A model generated the notes under the pieces. The model did not search any database and had not been told where the DNA came from. It was given only the letters and a program-made list of their open reading frames with translations. Below, in pieces: positions 8,726 to 17,981 of a stretch of DNA of 44,786 bases (position 1 is the stretch's first letter; the number at the start of each line of letters is the position of its first letter). This DNA is from an uncultured Gammaproteobacteria bacterium (GTDB taxonomy: Bacteria > Patescibacteriota > Patescibacteriia > UBA1558 > S5-K13): NCBI GenBank assembly GCA_964634645.1, contig CAZWKI010000004.1, positions 1 through 44,786 on the forward strand, read 5' to 3'. Position numbers and translations under genes: made by a program.

Positions 8726-9286
8726 ATGAAATATGAGCTTTATAAAATATCAGAAAAATATAAAAAAGAAGCTGATCAAATTTTGAGCAGAACTAATTTG
8801 ATTAAATTTTTAAGCCACTATGGAAAGGCTTTTATTCGTGGTAGCTAAGAACTAGATTTGATGATTAAGGGAGATATTGATATATATGTAATCAATAAAA
8901 AGTTAAACAAAAATTTATCTATTAGGGTTTTGAATAAATTAATTATATTGAATCAATTTAGAGGATTTTTATTTTATGATTTTGTAAAAAGAAGAAAGAT
9001 GGGTTTTCCAAAAGGATATTATATAGGACTGAAAACCAATATTCATAATGAAAAGTGGAAAATTGATATATGGTTTATGAAATCGATGGATGTTTATAGT
9101 GATAGATTTATGAAGAAAATAAAATCTAAATTAAACAAAAAAAATAAAGAAATAATTATAAAACTCAAAAAACAAGTAAAAGATAAAAAAATAGAAATTC
9201 CAAGTTATTTAATATATAAAGTGGTAATTGAGAAAAACATAAAAACTCTATCTGATTTAAAATTATATATAAAAAGTGCCAATTAA
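8726..9286 (+). pseudogene. Nucleotidyltransferase-fold gene interrupted by an in-frame TAA
   Basis: An ATG at 8726 opens MKYELYKISEKYKKEADQILSRTNLIKFLSHYGKAFIRGS, followed by TAA at 8846-8848. The same frame continues ELDLMIKGDIDIYV..., giving a GS...DxD pattern like minimal nucleotidyltransferases. The supplied ORF (8858-9286) is the downstream part. Confidence 0.4.
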
Positions 9287-9329
9287 GGATTGACTTTTTA
9301 TTTTAAAAATGATTAAATTATTGTTGCAA

Positions 9330-9402
9330 GCGGGTGTCGTATAGTGGCTAATTATGTCAGCCTTCCAAGCTGAAGAGGGCGGTTCGATTCCGCTCACCCG
9401 CT
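9330..9402 (+). tRNA. tRNA-Gly (anticodon UCC), CCA encoded at 9403-9405
   Basis: Hand-folded cloverleaf. Acceptor gcgggtg/cacccgc, anticodon arm tcagc-cttccaa-gctga, T arm ggcgg-ttcgatt-ccgct. Length 73 nt. Confidence 0.85.
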
Positions 9403-9404
9403 CC

Positions 9405-9454
9405 ATTCTACGCGCTAGCGTAGAATGCCTTCCGAAACTTTAGTGAAGGAAGGC
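9405..9454. repeat. REP-like GC-rich double hairpin
   Basis: Hairpin attctacgc(9405-9413)/gcgtagaat(9418-9426) contains CTAC and GTAG. The second hairpin is gccttcc(9427-9433)/ggaaggc(9448-9454). Both are GC-rich islands in an AT-rich spacer. Confidence 0.45.
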
Positions 9455-9521
9455 AAACAGCCGTAATTTTATTATTTTTATATATTGGCGCTTCGAATGG
9501 CAAGCCATACATATAAATATC

Positions 9522-9556
9522 AAAAAACTCTTTTTATCAGAGAGTTTTTTGTTTTG
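9522..9556. terminator. Bidirectional intrinsic terminator between tRNA-Gly and the HMA gene
   Basis: Stem aaaaactct/agagtttttt with a T-run on the + strand and an A-run that reads as a T-run on the - strand. Confidence 0.55.
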
Positions 9557-9580
9557 AATAAATTTAATAGTGCGATAGTT

Positions 9581-9841
9581 TTATTTCTTATTTACTCTTC
9601 CTATCATGCACGATACATATGACTGTGCTTTTTTGAGAAAATCCTTTGCTTGTTTGCTTCCCTCTTCTGGATACCCAATTTTTAATAAGGTTTTCTTTGC
9701 CGTTTCTTTATCACCATCAAAACCCACTGTTTGATTTTCTACGTCAACCATTATATTTTTTAATCCCTGTTTTTCTAATGAATTTATTATCATAAAAGAA
9801 CATCCGCCACATTTTATATTAACTACTTTTAGTGTTTGCAT
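9581..9841 (-). CDS. Heavy-metal-associated (HMA) domain metallochaperone-like protein
   Basis: VVNIKCGGCSFMIINSLEK gives a CxxC metal-binding loop at the expected position of a ~70-aa ferredoxin-like HMA domain. Confidence 0.65.
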   Translation of the reverse strand: MQTLKVVNIKCGGCSFMIINSLEKQGLKNIMVDVENQTVGFDGDKETAKKTLLKIGYPEEGSKQAKDFLKKAQSYVSCMIGRVNKK

Positions 9842-10057
9842 ATTTTTATTGATTTATTTGTTATTTATATAATACATTTATTGGTGCGTGTTTATTTCAA
9901 ATTTATTTCTTTGCCATTTTCCAAAGAACATGAAAATGATCTAAATACGACTCATAAAATTCTTTGTTTTTTATTCTTATTGCAAATGGCTCTTTTCCGA
10001 CTGATACAAATAGAACGCAATTATCATATACAGTTGCGCAAGGCTAAGAAGGTTATA

Positions 10058-10128
10058 AGCGTCGAACAATACAATTCGGCGCTTTTTTAATCCGTTTGAT
10101 AGAAAATTTATCAAACGGATTTTTGTTT
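10058..10128 (+). terminator. Two tandem intrinsic-terminator-like hairpins with no upstream ORF
   Basis: Hairpin 1 is agcgtcgaa(10058-10066)/ttcggcgct(10075-10083) followed by a T-run. Hairpin 2 is a 13-bp perfect stem, 10089-10101/10109-10121, followed by tttgtttg. Confidence 0.5.
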
Positions 10129-10190
10129 GTAATTTGAGAGTATTGATTTTTTTATTGAAAAGAATAATATAAAAATAGAAAAGCAAATTT

Positions 10191-10760
10191 ATGAGAAGTG
10201 GCCTTATTTTATTTAAAAATAAATATAAAATTGAATCTACCAGATTGAAGCACTGGGATTATTCTGATCCTGGTTTTTGTTTTGTCACAATTTGCACAAA
10301 GAATAGAGAATGTATATTTGGTGAAATTATTAATAATAAAATGATATTAAATAAATTGGGGATTATCATAGAACATTGTTGGCGCGATTTACCAAATCAT
10401 TATAAAAATTGTATTCTGGATTCATTTGTTATAATGCCGAATCATTTCCATGGAATTATTCAAATAAAAGAGAAGATTCACGCCGCATCCGTAGAGATGA
10501 TTCATGAATCATCTCTACGTGAATCGTCTCGCAATGAATACCGAAAACAACGTCGTAAAATGTTATTATCAAAAATAATTGGACGATTCAAAATGCAATT
10601 CTCTAAAAAAATTAATTTGGTAAATCGCGCAATATATTTCAATTGGCAAAAATCATATTATGATCATATTATTAGAAATGAACAAGATTTATTTCATATT
10701 CGTGTATATATAAAAAATAATCCCAATAAATGGGAAAATGACAAAAATTTTAGACAATAA
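10191..10760 (+). CDS. IS200/IS605-type Y1 (HUH) transposase, RayT-like (REP-associated tyrosine transposase)
   Basis: HUH motif in VIMPNHFHGII and the catalytic-Tyr block WQKSYYDHIIRNE. The size and a solitary gene without tnpB fit the RayT/COG1943 group. Confidence 0.8.
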   Translation: MRSGLILFKNKYKIESTRLKHWDYSDPGFCFVTICTKNRECIFGEIINNKMILNKLGIIIEHCWRDLPNHYKNCILDSFVIMPNHFHGIIQIKEKIHAASVEMIHESSLRESSRNEYRKQRRKMLLSKIIGRFKMQFSKKINLVNRAIYFNWQKSYYDHIIRNEQDLFHIRVYIKNNPNKWENDKNFRQ

Positions 10761-10774
10761 TTTTTATAGAAATT

Positions 10775-11290
10775 TTATCTTAATTGATATTTACAAGTTA
10801 GTGCTATTGCAAGAGCATCTGATGTATCGTCTTTTTTTGGAATAGATTTTAATTTTAGAATTATTTTTACCATTTCAGCAATTTGACGCTTGTCAGCTTT
10901 TCCATAAGATGTTATAGCTTGCTTTACCTGAAGAGGTGTGAACTCGTATATTGGAAGTTTGTTTTCTGATAATGTAAGAATTATTACACCCCGAGCATGT
11001 CCTACGTCCATTGCTGTTTTTACATTTTTACAAAAATATAATTTTTCAACGCCAACATATGACGGTTTGTATTTTTTTATTAAGAAATCCAATTCTTTGT
11101 GTATTGTGTTAAGTCTATTATTAAATTCAACGCCCGCTTTTGTTTCAATACAACCACAACTTATTAATTTTGCTTCTTTTTCATGTGTTATAAAAGCATA
11201 GCCAATTGTGGCTAAGCCGGGATCAATGCCCATTATGATCTTTGATTTATTTATAGTTTTTTGCATCTTTTTGTAATAACCAATAATCAA
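10775..11290 (-). CDS. ruvC: Holliday junction resolvase RuvC
   Basis: Motifs IMGIDPGLATIGYA, EKLYFCKN and DTSDALAIAL. The true start is probably an internal Met near MGIDPG. Confidence 0.9.
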   Translation of the reverse strand: MIIGYYKKMQKTINKSKIIMGIDPGLATIGYAFITHEKEAKLISCGCIETKAGVEFNNRLNTIHKELDFLIKKYKPSYVGVEKLYFCKNVKTAMDVGHARGVIILTLSENKLPIYEFTPLQVKQAITSYGKADKRQIAEMVKIILKLKSIPKKDDTSDALAIALTCKYQLR

Positions 11291-11378
11291 TAATCAAGTT
11301 CCAAACAATAATCAATAATCAATTATCAAATTTTCGATTATTAGTTATTGGAATTTGGTTATTATTTGATTATTGGTG
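11275..11378. repeat. Long AT-rich word-repetitive palindrome (hairpin) between yebC and ruvC
   Basis: Arms are built from aataatcaa / ttgattatt words. Pairings include 11300-11304 with 11353-11357, 11305-11310 with 11344-11349, and 11313-11319 with 11335-11341, plus outer arms. Confidence 0.6.
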
Positions 11379-11399
11379 CTTGGGTATTGGTTATTCTCA

Positions 11400-12101
11400 T
11401 TAATCAGCATTAGAATAATAATTAGCTACATCATCATCTTCTTCAAGTGCTTCAAAAAGTTTGTCCAATTTATCTGAGTTTTCAATATTTACTTTTGTTT
11501 TTGCAATATATTCTAATTCTGCATTATCAATTTCAATTAGATCTTTTATTTTGTCCTGAATTTTTTGCAAATTTTCCATTTGTGTAATAATTCTTATCCC
11601 GTCAACGGACTTTTCAATGTCATTTGCTCCAGCATCTATTATTGCAAGTTCTTGTTCGTCAGAAAGTTCTGTGTCTTTTAGATAAATAGCTCCAACTCTT
11701 TCAAATTGCCAAAGCACAGAATTTGATGCGCCAAGTGATCCGCCATGTTTTGATAAAATATGCCTTAAATCAGGAGCAGTTCTATTTTTGTTATCAGTTA
11801 CAACTTCTATTATAATGGCAACGCCATCTGGCCCATATCCTTCATAAGTAATTTCTTCAAGAGCATTTGCCTCTCCAGTACCAGATCCACGTGCAATAGC
11901 CTTTTCAATGTTATCTTTTGGAACAGAAAAGCTCCTAGCCTTATCAATTGCCATTCGAAGTTTGAAATTCATTTCAGGATCAGCACCACCACGGGCTGCA
12001 ATTTGTACGTTCTTTGTAAGTTTTGTAAAAACAGAAGATTTTTTTGAATCAACAAGAGCTTTTCTGTGTTTTGTTGTTGCCCATTTTGAGTGCCCAGACA
12101 T
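11400..12101 (-). CDS. yebC: YebC/PmpR family DNA-binding regulator
   Basis: The MSGHSKWATTKHRKA N-terminus is diagnostic. Length 233 aa. Confidence 0.9.
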   Translation of the reverse strand: MSGHSKWATTKHRKALVDSKKSSVFTKLTKNVQIAARGGADPEMNFKLRMAIDKARSFSVPKDNIEKAIARGSGTGEANALEEITYEGYGPDGVAIIIEVVTDNKNRTAPDLRHILSKHGGSLGASNSVLWQFERVGAIYLKDTELSDEQELAIIDAGANDIEKSVDGIRIITQMENLQKIQDKIKDLIEIDNAELEYIAKTKVNIENSDKLDKLFEALEEDDDVANYYSNAD

Positions 12102-12214
12102 ATTATTAGCTTTCAGCTTTTAGATTTCAGCTTTCAGCTCATTATTATTAAAACTTAGCTCTATTTTAGCAATATAATGTTGCAGTGTAAAGACATAAAC
12201 TATACAATATATAT

Positions 12215-13585
12215 ATGAAAAAAGACCAATTTAAAAATTTTGTATATGTTTTAATATTAGTAGCTGTAATTATTTTTGCTGTTTTTATAAGAATTCACAA
12301 TGTTTTAAAATATAATACTTATTGGGCTGATGATGGAGGAGCACACATTGATTATGTATATCAAATAGAAAAAAATCATAGACTGCCAGATTTTAAGACA
12401 AATTATTTGGCGTGGCATGAGCCAGGTTTTTATTTTTTGGGAGCTGCATGGAATATTTTTGGTTCTAAAATAGGATTTTATATTGGTCCAGACAATTATA
12501 ATTTTACAGAGCTTTTGAATGTAGGTATTTATTTAATTTTCCTTGCACTGGTTTGGATTTTTGCTTTTATTATATCTAATAAAAAAAAGTGGTTTGCACT
12601 TCTAATTACATTTCTTTTTTCAACACTATTTATAGGTGTAAAATTATCCAATTATATAAATAACGAATTGTTAAATCAGACAATGATATTGTTTTTAATA
12701 ATTTTATTTTTATATTGGAAATTACTAGACGACAAAAAATATTTAAAAGTTTTTTTGTTTTCAATTCTATTGGCAATTGCCTTTATTATAAAAATGACGG
12801 CATTTATAGCTCTTTTATCTGTGGCAATGATTTGGTTTATAAGTTTTTTATATAAAAGAAAAAAATATTTTATTTTTTATATTTTGATAGTTATATTTGT
12901 TTCTTTGGGGCTAAATGCTCCGTGGCTTATTCACAAAAAAAATACCTATGGAAGCGCTATCACAATAAATGCATTTGAAAAAGAGTCTCAGAGAATAATA
13001 AATAGTGATGGATGGAAATATTTTTTTAATTTTAATGACGATATATTTTTTGATAATCCATATTGGAGTGGCAATTTAAACTCATATTTTTCAATTCTTT
13101 TAAGTGATACTTTTGGAGATCATTATAATTTATTTAACAATCCGGATACTATATTTCAAGAAGAAAATAAAATTTTGCTTGATACAGGGAAGTATACAAA
13201 TCCTTATTTGTGGAATAAAATGATAAATGTAAATAGAATCGGATTATTTATATTTTTAATTTGGTTTTTTGGATTTCTATTGTTTTTAAAAGATTTATTT
13301 ATAAGGTTTTTTAAATATAAAAAAATAGATTTCTATGAATTGTTTTTATTGATTATACTTTTTGGGGGATGGGTTGCGCTTTTGTATAACAATTTAAAGT
13401 ATCCATATCTAGCAAGGGGAGTGCTTAAGGGTCACTTTATTTATTTTACATATCCGATTTTTGTGATTCTCTCTTATAAGACGCTTTATATACACATAAA
13501 AAATAAATTAATATTTTATTTAGTCTTAACTTTGCCAATAATTATTTATGTAATTATTGCGTGGCCAATTTTGTATGTTAAATAA
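12215..13585 (+). CDS. Polytopic GT-C type glycosyltransferase (ArnT/PMT, GT39/83-like)
   Basis: More than 10 predicted TM segments. An acidic DD motif (YWADDGGAH) sits in the first loop after TM1, as in ArnT/PMT-type enzymes. Confidence 0.45.
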   Translation: MKKDQFKNFVYVLILVAVIIFAVFIRIHNVLKYNTYWADDGGAHIDYVYQIEKNHRLPDFKTNYLAWHEPGFYFLGAAWNIFGSKIGFYIGPDNYNFTELLNVGIYLIFLALVWIFAFIISNKKKWFALLITFLFSTLFIGVKLSNYINNELLNQTMILFLIILFLYWKLLDDKKYLKVFLFSILLAIAFIIKMTAFIALLSVAMIWFISFLYKRKKYFIFYILIVIFVSLGLNAPWLIHKKNTYGSAITINAFEKESQRIINSDGWKYFFNFNDDIFFDNPYWSGNLNSYFSILLSDTFGDHYNLFNNPDTIFQEENKILLDTGKYTNPYLWNKMINVNRIGLFIFLIWFFGFLLFLKDLFIRFFKYKKIDFYELFLLIILFGGWVALLYNNLKYPYLARGVLKGHFIYFTYPIFVILSYKTLYIHIKNKLIFYLVLTLPIIIYVIIAWPILYVK

Positions 13586-15203
13586 TTTTTTTAAAAATTC
13601 TAAATATGGTATTTTTGTAATTTTCGTCATATTGTTTTGTTTACAAGTTATTTTACTGGGCCCTAAATTTGATTTTCCACTAAATGATGATTGGTCGCAT
13701 ACTCTTAGTATATATCATTTTAATTTTGATAAAGAGCTTTTTTACGCGCCATGGCTTTCTGCGTTTAATTATGTGCCAATATTTTTTGGTATTTTTTTGA
13801 CAGGTATTTTTGGTTTTTCTTTTTCTATTTTAAGGTTTGGAAATTTGATTATATCTTTTTCAACGGTATATTTATTTTTTGTATTTTTGAGATACAATAA
13901 AATTCCAAAACTACATGCTTTTTTGTTGTCACTTCTTTTGTGGTTTAATCCAATATTTTTTTATCTCTCATATACTTTCATGGGGGATCAAATAGCTCTT
14001 CTTCTAGTTCTTTTGTCAATTTTTTTATATAAACTAGCAATTGATAAGAGAAAATATAATTATATCTTTTTTGCAAGCATTGCGTCTGTTTTTGCAATAT
14101 TTACAAGGCAATTTGTAGCCATTTTGCCATTTGTTGCATTTGTATATTTCTTTTTTTCAAAACAATTCAACAAAAAAAGAACATTATTATCTTTTTTACC
14201 AAGCCTTTTTTTGTTAATAATTTTTTATTATATATCTTTGAAATTAAATTTTATTCCCGGAGAAGTTTCGGCTAGATTTGTTCCAAGAAGCATTTTGTTT
14301 AGAACCATTGTTTTTAATTTTGTAAATTATATTTTGCTATTATCGTTATTTTTTATTCCAATAACACTAAGCACTATAAAAAAAGACGTTATTAAAAAAA
14401 TGTTTTCAAAAAGAAATTTGATTTTAATTTTGCTGATGTCATTATTTTTTATTCTCACCGTATTTTATAAAAAATTTCAATTTCCTGGATTAGGAAATAT
14501 TATAAATCTATATGGAATAGGTCCAAATACTACTATAATGCAAGGGGATATTGATTTTAATATTAATTATGTATTTATATTTATTGTAAATATATTACTT
14601 GTAACACTCTCTATTTTTAATATATTTTATTTTTTTGAAAATAGAGAAATTATTTTAAATAAAGTAAAAAATGATTTTTTCTGGATCGTTTTTTTATTTT
14701 TATATCTATTTTTGATTTTGCCAATAATGTCTTTTGATAGATATTTGCTAATTTTTGTTCCATTCATATTGTTATTTTTTGGAATGATTATGAAAGAGAA
14801 AGGTTTTTCAAAAACAATATTAATACTATTAATATTTATACAGGCAACGCTTGTTTTTGTTGGAACAAGAGATTATTTATTTTGGAATAAAGCTAGATGG
14901 AATATTGCTAGAGAATTATCAAAAGTGGTAGAGACAAAAAATATTGAAGCTGGATATGAGTGGGATGGTTGGAATTTTTACAAAAAGCAATTATTTGAAG
15001 AATATTACCTTGGAAAGTTTACGCCAACTTGGGCGCCTTGGTATGTAAAACAAGTATCAAAGAATCATCAAATGGAATACATAGTTTCTTTTTCAGAGCT
15101 GGGTGGATATGAAGTAATAAAAAAACAAGAAACAAAAACAATTTTGTCTCCAATAGAACATATTTATTTAAATAAGGTTTCGCCAAATAGTATAAATCTT
15201 TAA
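13557..15203 (+). CDS. Second polytopic GT-C type glycosyltransferase (ArnT/PMT-like)
   Basis: Many TM segments, with PLNDDWSH in the first loop. It overlaps the upstream gene by 29 nt. The real start is probably MLNNFF at 13573. Confidence 0.45.
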   Translation: MRGQFCMLNNFFKNSKYGIFVIFVILFCLQVILLGPKFDFPLNDDWSHTLSIYHFNFDKELFYAPWLSAFNYVPIFFGIFLTGIFGFSFSILRFGNLIISFSTVYLFFVFLRYNKIPKLHAFLLSLLLWFNPIFFYLSYTFMGDQIALLLVLLSIFLYKLAIDKRKYNYIFFASIASVFAIFTRQFVAILPFVAFVYFFFSKQFNKKRTLLSFLPSLFLLIIFYYISLKLNFIPGEVSARFVPRSILFRTIVFNFVNYILLLSLFFIPITLSTIKKDVIKKMFSKRNLILILLMSLFFILTVFYKKFQFPGLGNIINLYGIGPNTTIMQGDIDFNINYVFIFIVNILLVTLSIFNIFYFFENREIILNKVKNDFFWIVFLFLYLFLILPIMSFDRYLLIFVPFILLFFGMIMKEKGFSKTILILLIFIQATLVFVGTRDYLFWNKARWNIARELSKVVETKNIEAGYEWDGWNFYKKQLFEEYYLGKFTPTWAPWYVKQVSKNHQMEYIVSFSELGGYEVIKKQETKTILSPIEHIYLNKVSPNSINL

Positions 15204-15346
15204 TTTGTTGAGCCCTAATTTTGCTATTTAATATTTGAAATTTAAATCAATATGTTGATTTTAAAGTTTAATATTAATGATTATTTATATTTTTGTAAAG
15301 TAAAAATAATGGTATAATACAATAGAGGTTATTAATATATAAAATC

Positions 15347-16045
15347 ATGTATTTATCAATAGTAATTCCTTTATATAATGAGGAAAAAAGAATAATTCCA
15401 ACAGTTCAAAAAACTCTTAATTATTTAAAGGAACAAAATTTTGATTTTGAATTAATTTTTGTTGATGATGGAAGTAAAGATAAGACAATAGATGTTTTGA
15501 GGGGTTATGAAAATGGAGAGAATATTAAAATTATAAAACACCAAATAAATAGAGGTAAGGGCGCTTCTGTAAAATCAGGAGTTCTTGCATCAAAAGGAGA
15601 AATTGTGCTTTTTTCTGATGCTGATTTGTCAACACCAATAGAGGAGTTGGATAAATTAATAAAAGAAATTGAAGAATACGATGTTGTTATTGGGTCTAGG
15701 TCTATTGATGAAAATTTATTACTCAAGAAACAACCAATTCATAGAATATTAATAGGTAAAATCGCTAAACTATTAATAAGGCTAGTTTTGAATATAAATT
15801 ACAAAGACACTCAGTGCGGATTTAAATTATTTAAACGAGATGTTGCTTTCAAGCTTTTTTATAAAATGAGAATGAAAAGGTGGAGCTTTGATTATGAATT
15901 ATTATTTTTGGCAAAGAGATTCAAGTTTAAAGTAAGGGAAGTTCCGGTTATATGGATAAATAATGAAGATTCTAGGGTAAATTCATTTATAGATCCAATA
16001 AAATCGTTTATTGATTTGATAAAAATAAGATTTAATAAATATTAA
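15347..16045 (+). CDS. GT2 polyprenyl-phosphate sugar synthase (dolichyl-phosphate beta-glucosyltransferase/Dpm1-like)
   Basis: Motifs LSIVIPLYNEE, VDDGSKD and DADLSTP (DxD), plus the QCGFKLF acceptor loop. Confidence 0.8.
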   Translation: MYLSIVIPLYNEEKRIIPTVQKTLNYLKEQNFDFELIFVDDGSKDKTIDVLRGYENGENIKIIKHQINRGKGASVKSGVLASKGEIVLFSDADLSTPIEELDKLIKEIEEYDVVIGSRSIDENLLLKKQPIHRILIGKIAKLLIRLVLNINYKDTQCGFKLFKRDVAFKLFYKMRMKRWSFDYELLFLAKRFKFKVREVPVIWINNEDSRVNSFIDPIKSFIDLIKIRFNKY

Positions 16046-16087
16046 AAGAAGTAAAGAGTTTATAAAATTTTTAGAATATTTTTATAA

Positions 16088-16933
16088 TTGGAACCAGAAA
16101 TGATTTTTTTTAAAAAAAAATTAATACTATTATCAATTTTTTGTGCATTATTAGTATTATTTATTTATTTTATTTCAAAAAGTAAAATATTTATAGAAAA
16201 TTTTGATTTATTAAGTGGTTCATTTATAAATAAAAAAAATTTAACAGAAATTGATAAAAATTTCAAATTTGACAATCTAATAGCTCACGCAGGAGGAGGA
16301 ATAAACGGATTAACATATACGAATTCCCTAGAGGCTCTAGAGGAAAATTATAAAAAAGGTTTTCGTTTTTTTGAAATAGACTTAGATATAAGTAGTGATG
16401 ATGTAATTATTTTATATCATTGCAGCGAATGTTATAAGAAACCAAGTTTAAAGGAGTTTAAATTGTTATTGTCAAAACAAAATCTAACAGGAATGACCTT
16501 GAATGATTTGCGTATTTGGATGTTTAATAAAAAAGACGCTTATATAATTATCAACGTGAAGACGCCCAATAAGAATATAGAAATTTTATCATTAATTAAG
16601 AATAGTTTTGTTGATATTAATAGACTAATACCCCAAGTATATGATTTTAGAGAATATTTTCACGTTAGAAAATTAGGATTTAACAAAATTATTATTACTC
16701 TGTATTTAAAAAATTATTCTGATAAAACAATTCTTAGATTTATAACAAATAATAGGGTTTCCGCCTTGACAATGCCAATCTCTAGATTCAAGAAAGATTT
16801 TATAAAAAAAATTAACGATTTAAATGTCCCAGTATTTTTACATACAATAAATGATTTAGATGTAGCTAATGATTTGAGTTTAATGGGCGTGTATGGGTTT
16901 TATACGGATTTTTTACAAATAGACAATAATTAA
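16088..16933 (+). CDS. Membrane-anchored glycerophosphodiester phosphodiesterase (GDPD/PI-PLC-like) family protein
   Basis: N-terminal TM segment. IAHAGGG...NSLEAL...GFRFFEIDL...ILYH resembles the GDPD HR...E.D...H pattern. Confidence 0.45.
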   Translation: MEPEMIFFKKKLILLSIFCALLVLFIYFISKSKIFIENFDLLSGSFINKKNLTEIDKNFKFDNLIAHAGGGINGLTYTNSLEALEENYKKGFRFFEIDLDISSDDVIILYHCSECYKKPSLKEFKLLLSKQNLTGMTLNDLRIWMFNKKDAYIIINVKTPNKNIEILSLIKNSFVDINRLIPQVYDFREYFHVRKLGFNKIIITLYLKNYSDKTILRFITNNRVSALTMPISRFKKDFIKKINDLNVPVFLHTINDLDVANDLSLMGVYGFYTDFLQIDNN

Positions 16934-16945
16934 TAATTAATAATT

Positions 16946-17980
16946 ATGAAATTAAAAAAAAATAATAAACACAACAAAGTTAAGTTTGATGACAATTATA
17001 ATGTTTTTAAAACATTTGAAAATTCTGACAAACAATTTAAGCAAGTATTTAAAGAGTTTAAAAATGTTAATTTAAAAAAAAGATTTAAGAGTATTAACAA
17101 AATTATTATTTGTGGAATGGGTGGTTCAGCGCTTGGTCCACATTTTGTAAGAAGTGTTTTTTCTAATAAAATTAATATTCCAATAATAATTTCAAATGAA
17201 TATAATTTACCAAAATGGGTTGATAAAAATACTTTAGTTGTAATTTCTAGTTTTTCGGGAACAACAGAAGAGCCTATAAATTGTTTTAAGCAAGCAAAAA
17301 AAAGAAATTTAAAAATTTTCATAATATGTACTGGTGGAGATTTATCAAAAATAGAATCAGAAAAATTTGTTTATAATCCAAAGTATAATTATGCAAAAAA
17401 TCCAAGATTTGCAATTGGATATTCTATAGCAAGTTTTATTGTTTTATTGAATAAATTGGGTTTTTTAAAATACAATACAAAAGATATTTTAAAACAAATC
17501 AAAATTTTTTCAAGAGGAAAATTACAATCTCAAAAAATTGCCAAAGAAATTACAAATAAAGCTCCAATTATTGTTTCGTCAGAACATTTAATTGGTAATG
17601 CTCACATTTTTCAAAATCAAATAAATGAAACTGGTAAAAATTTCGCATCATATTTTACAATTCCCGAAATTTGCCACCACCAATTAGAGGGTTTAACTTT
17701 TCCAAAAAATTTAGAAAAGAATTTAGTTTATGTTTTACTAAATTCAAAGCTATATATTAAAAGAAATCAAAAAAGATATGAGATAATAAAACAAATATTA
17801 AAGAAAAAGAAAATAAATTTTGTAGAAATTAAAACAACTGGTAATAATTTTTTTGAAGAAGCAATGTATATTCTTGGATTATCTTCTTATACTTCGTTTT
17901 ATCTTGCACATTTTAATAAAATTGATCCACAGCCAAACCCTTGGGTTGATTATTTAAAATTAAAAATGAATAATTCTTAA
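16946..17980 (+). CDS. Bifunctional phosphoglucose/phosphomannose isomerase (SIS domain)
   Basis: IIICGMGGSALGPHF and SFSGTTEE SIS-domain motifs. The length fits the PGI/PMI family. Confidence 0.7.
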   Translation: MKLKKNNKHNKVKFDDNYNVFKTFENSDKQFKQVFKEFKNVNLKKRFKSINKIIICGMGGSALGPHFVRSVFSNKINIPIIISNEYNLPKWVDKNTLVVISSFSGTTEEPINCFKQAKKRNLKIFIICTGGDLSKIESEKFVYNPKYNYAKNPRFAIGYSIASFIVLLNKLGFLKYNTKDILKQIKIFSRGKLQSQKIAKEITNKAPIIVSSEHLIGNAHIFQNQINETGKNFASYFTIPEICHHQLEGLTFPKNLEKNLVYVLLNSKLYIKRNQKRYEIIKQILKKKKINFVEIKTTGNNFFEEAMYILGLSSYTSFYLAHFNKIDPQPNPWVDYLKLKMNNS

Positions 17981-17981
17981 A

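Noticed and set aside
9836-10186. ORFs 9836-10090 (+) and 9977-10186 (-) in the HMA/RayT spacer.
   Set aside because: They are mutually overlapping and low-complexity, and they run through terminator hairpins. There is no motif support.
12100-12140. The agctttcagcttttagatttcagctttcagc motif upstream of yebC, which resembles the tttcagNttttaga word in the direct repeats at 28178-28250.
   Set aside because: The shared word is short and AT-rich. No hairpin or GC-rich core is present here. It is treated as low-complexity spacer sequence.
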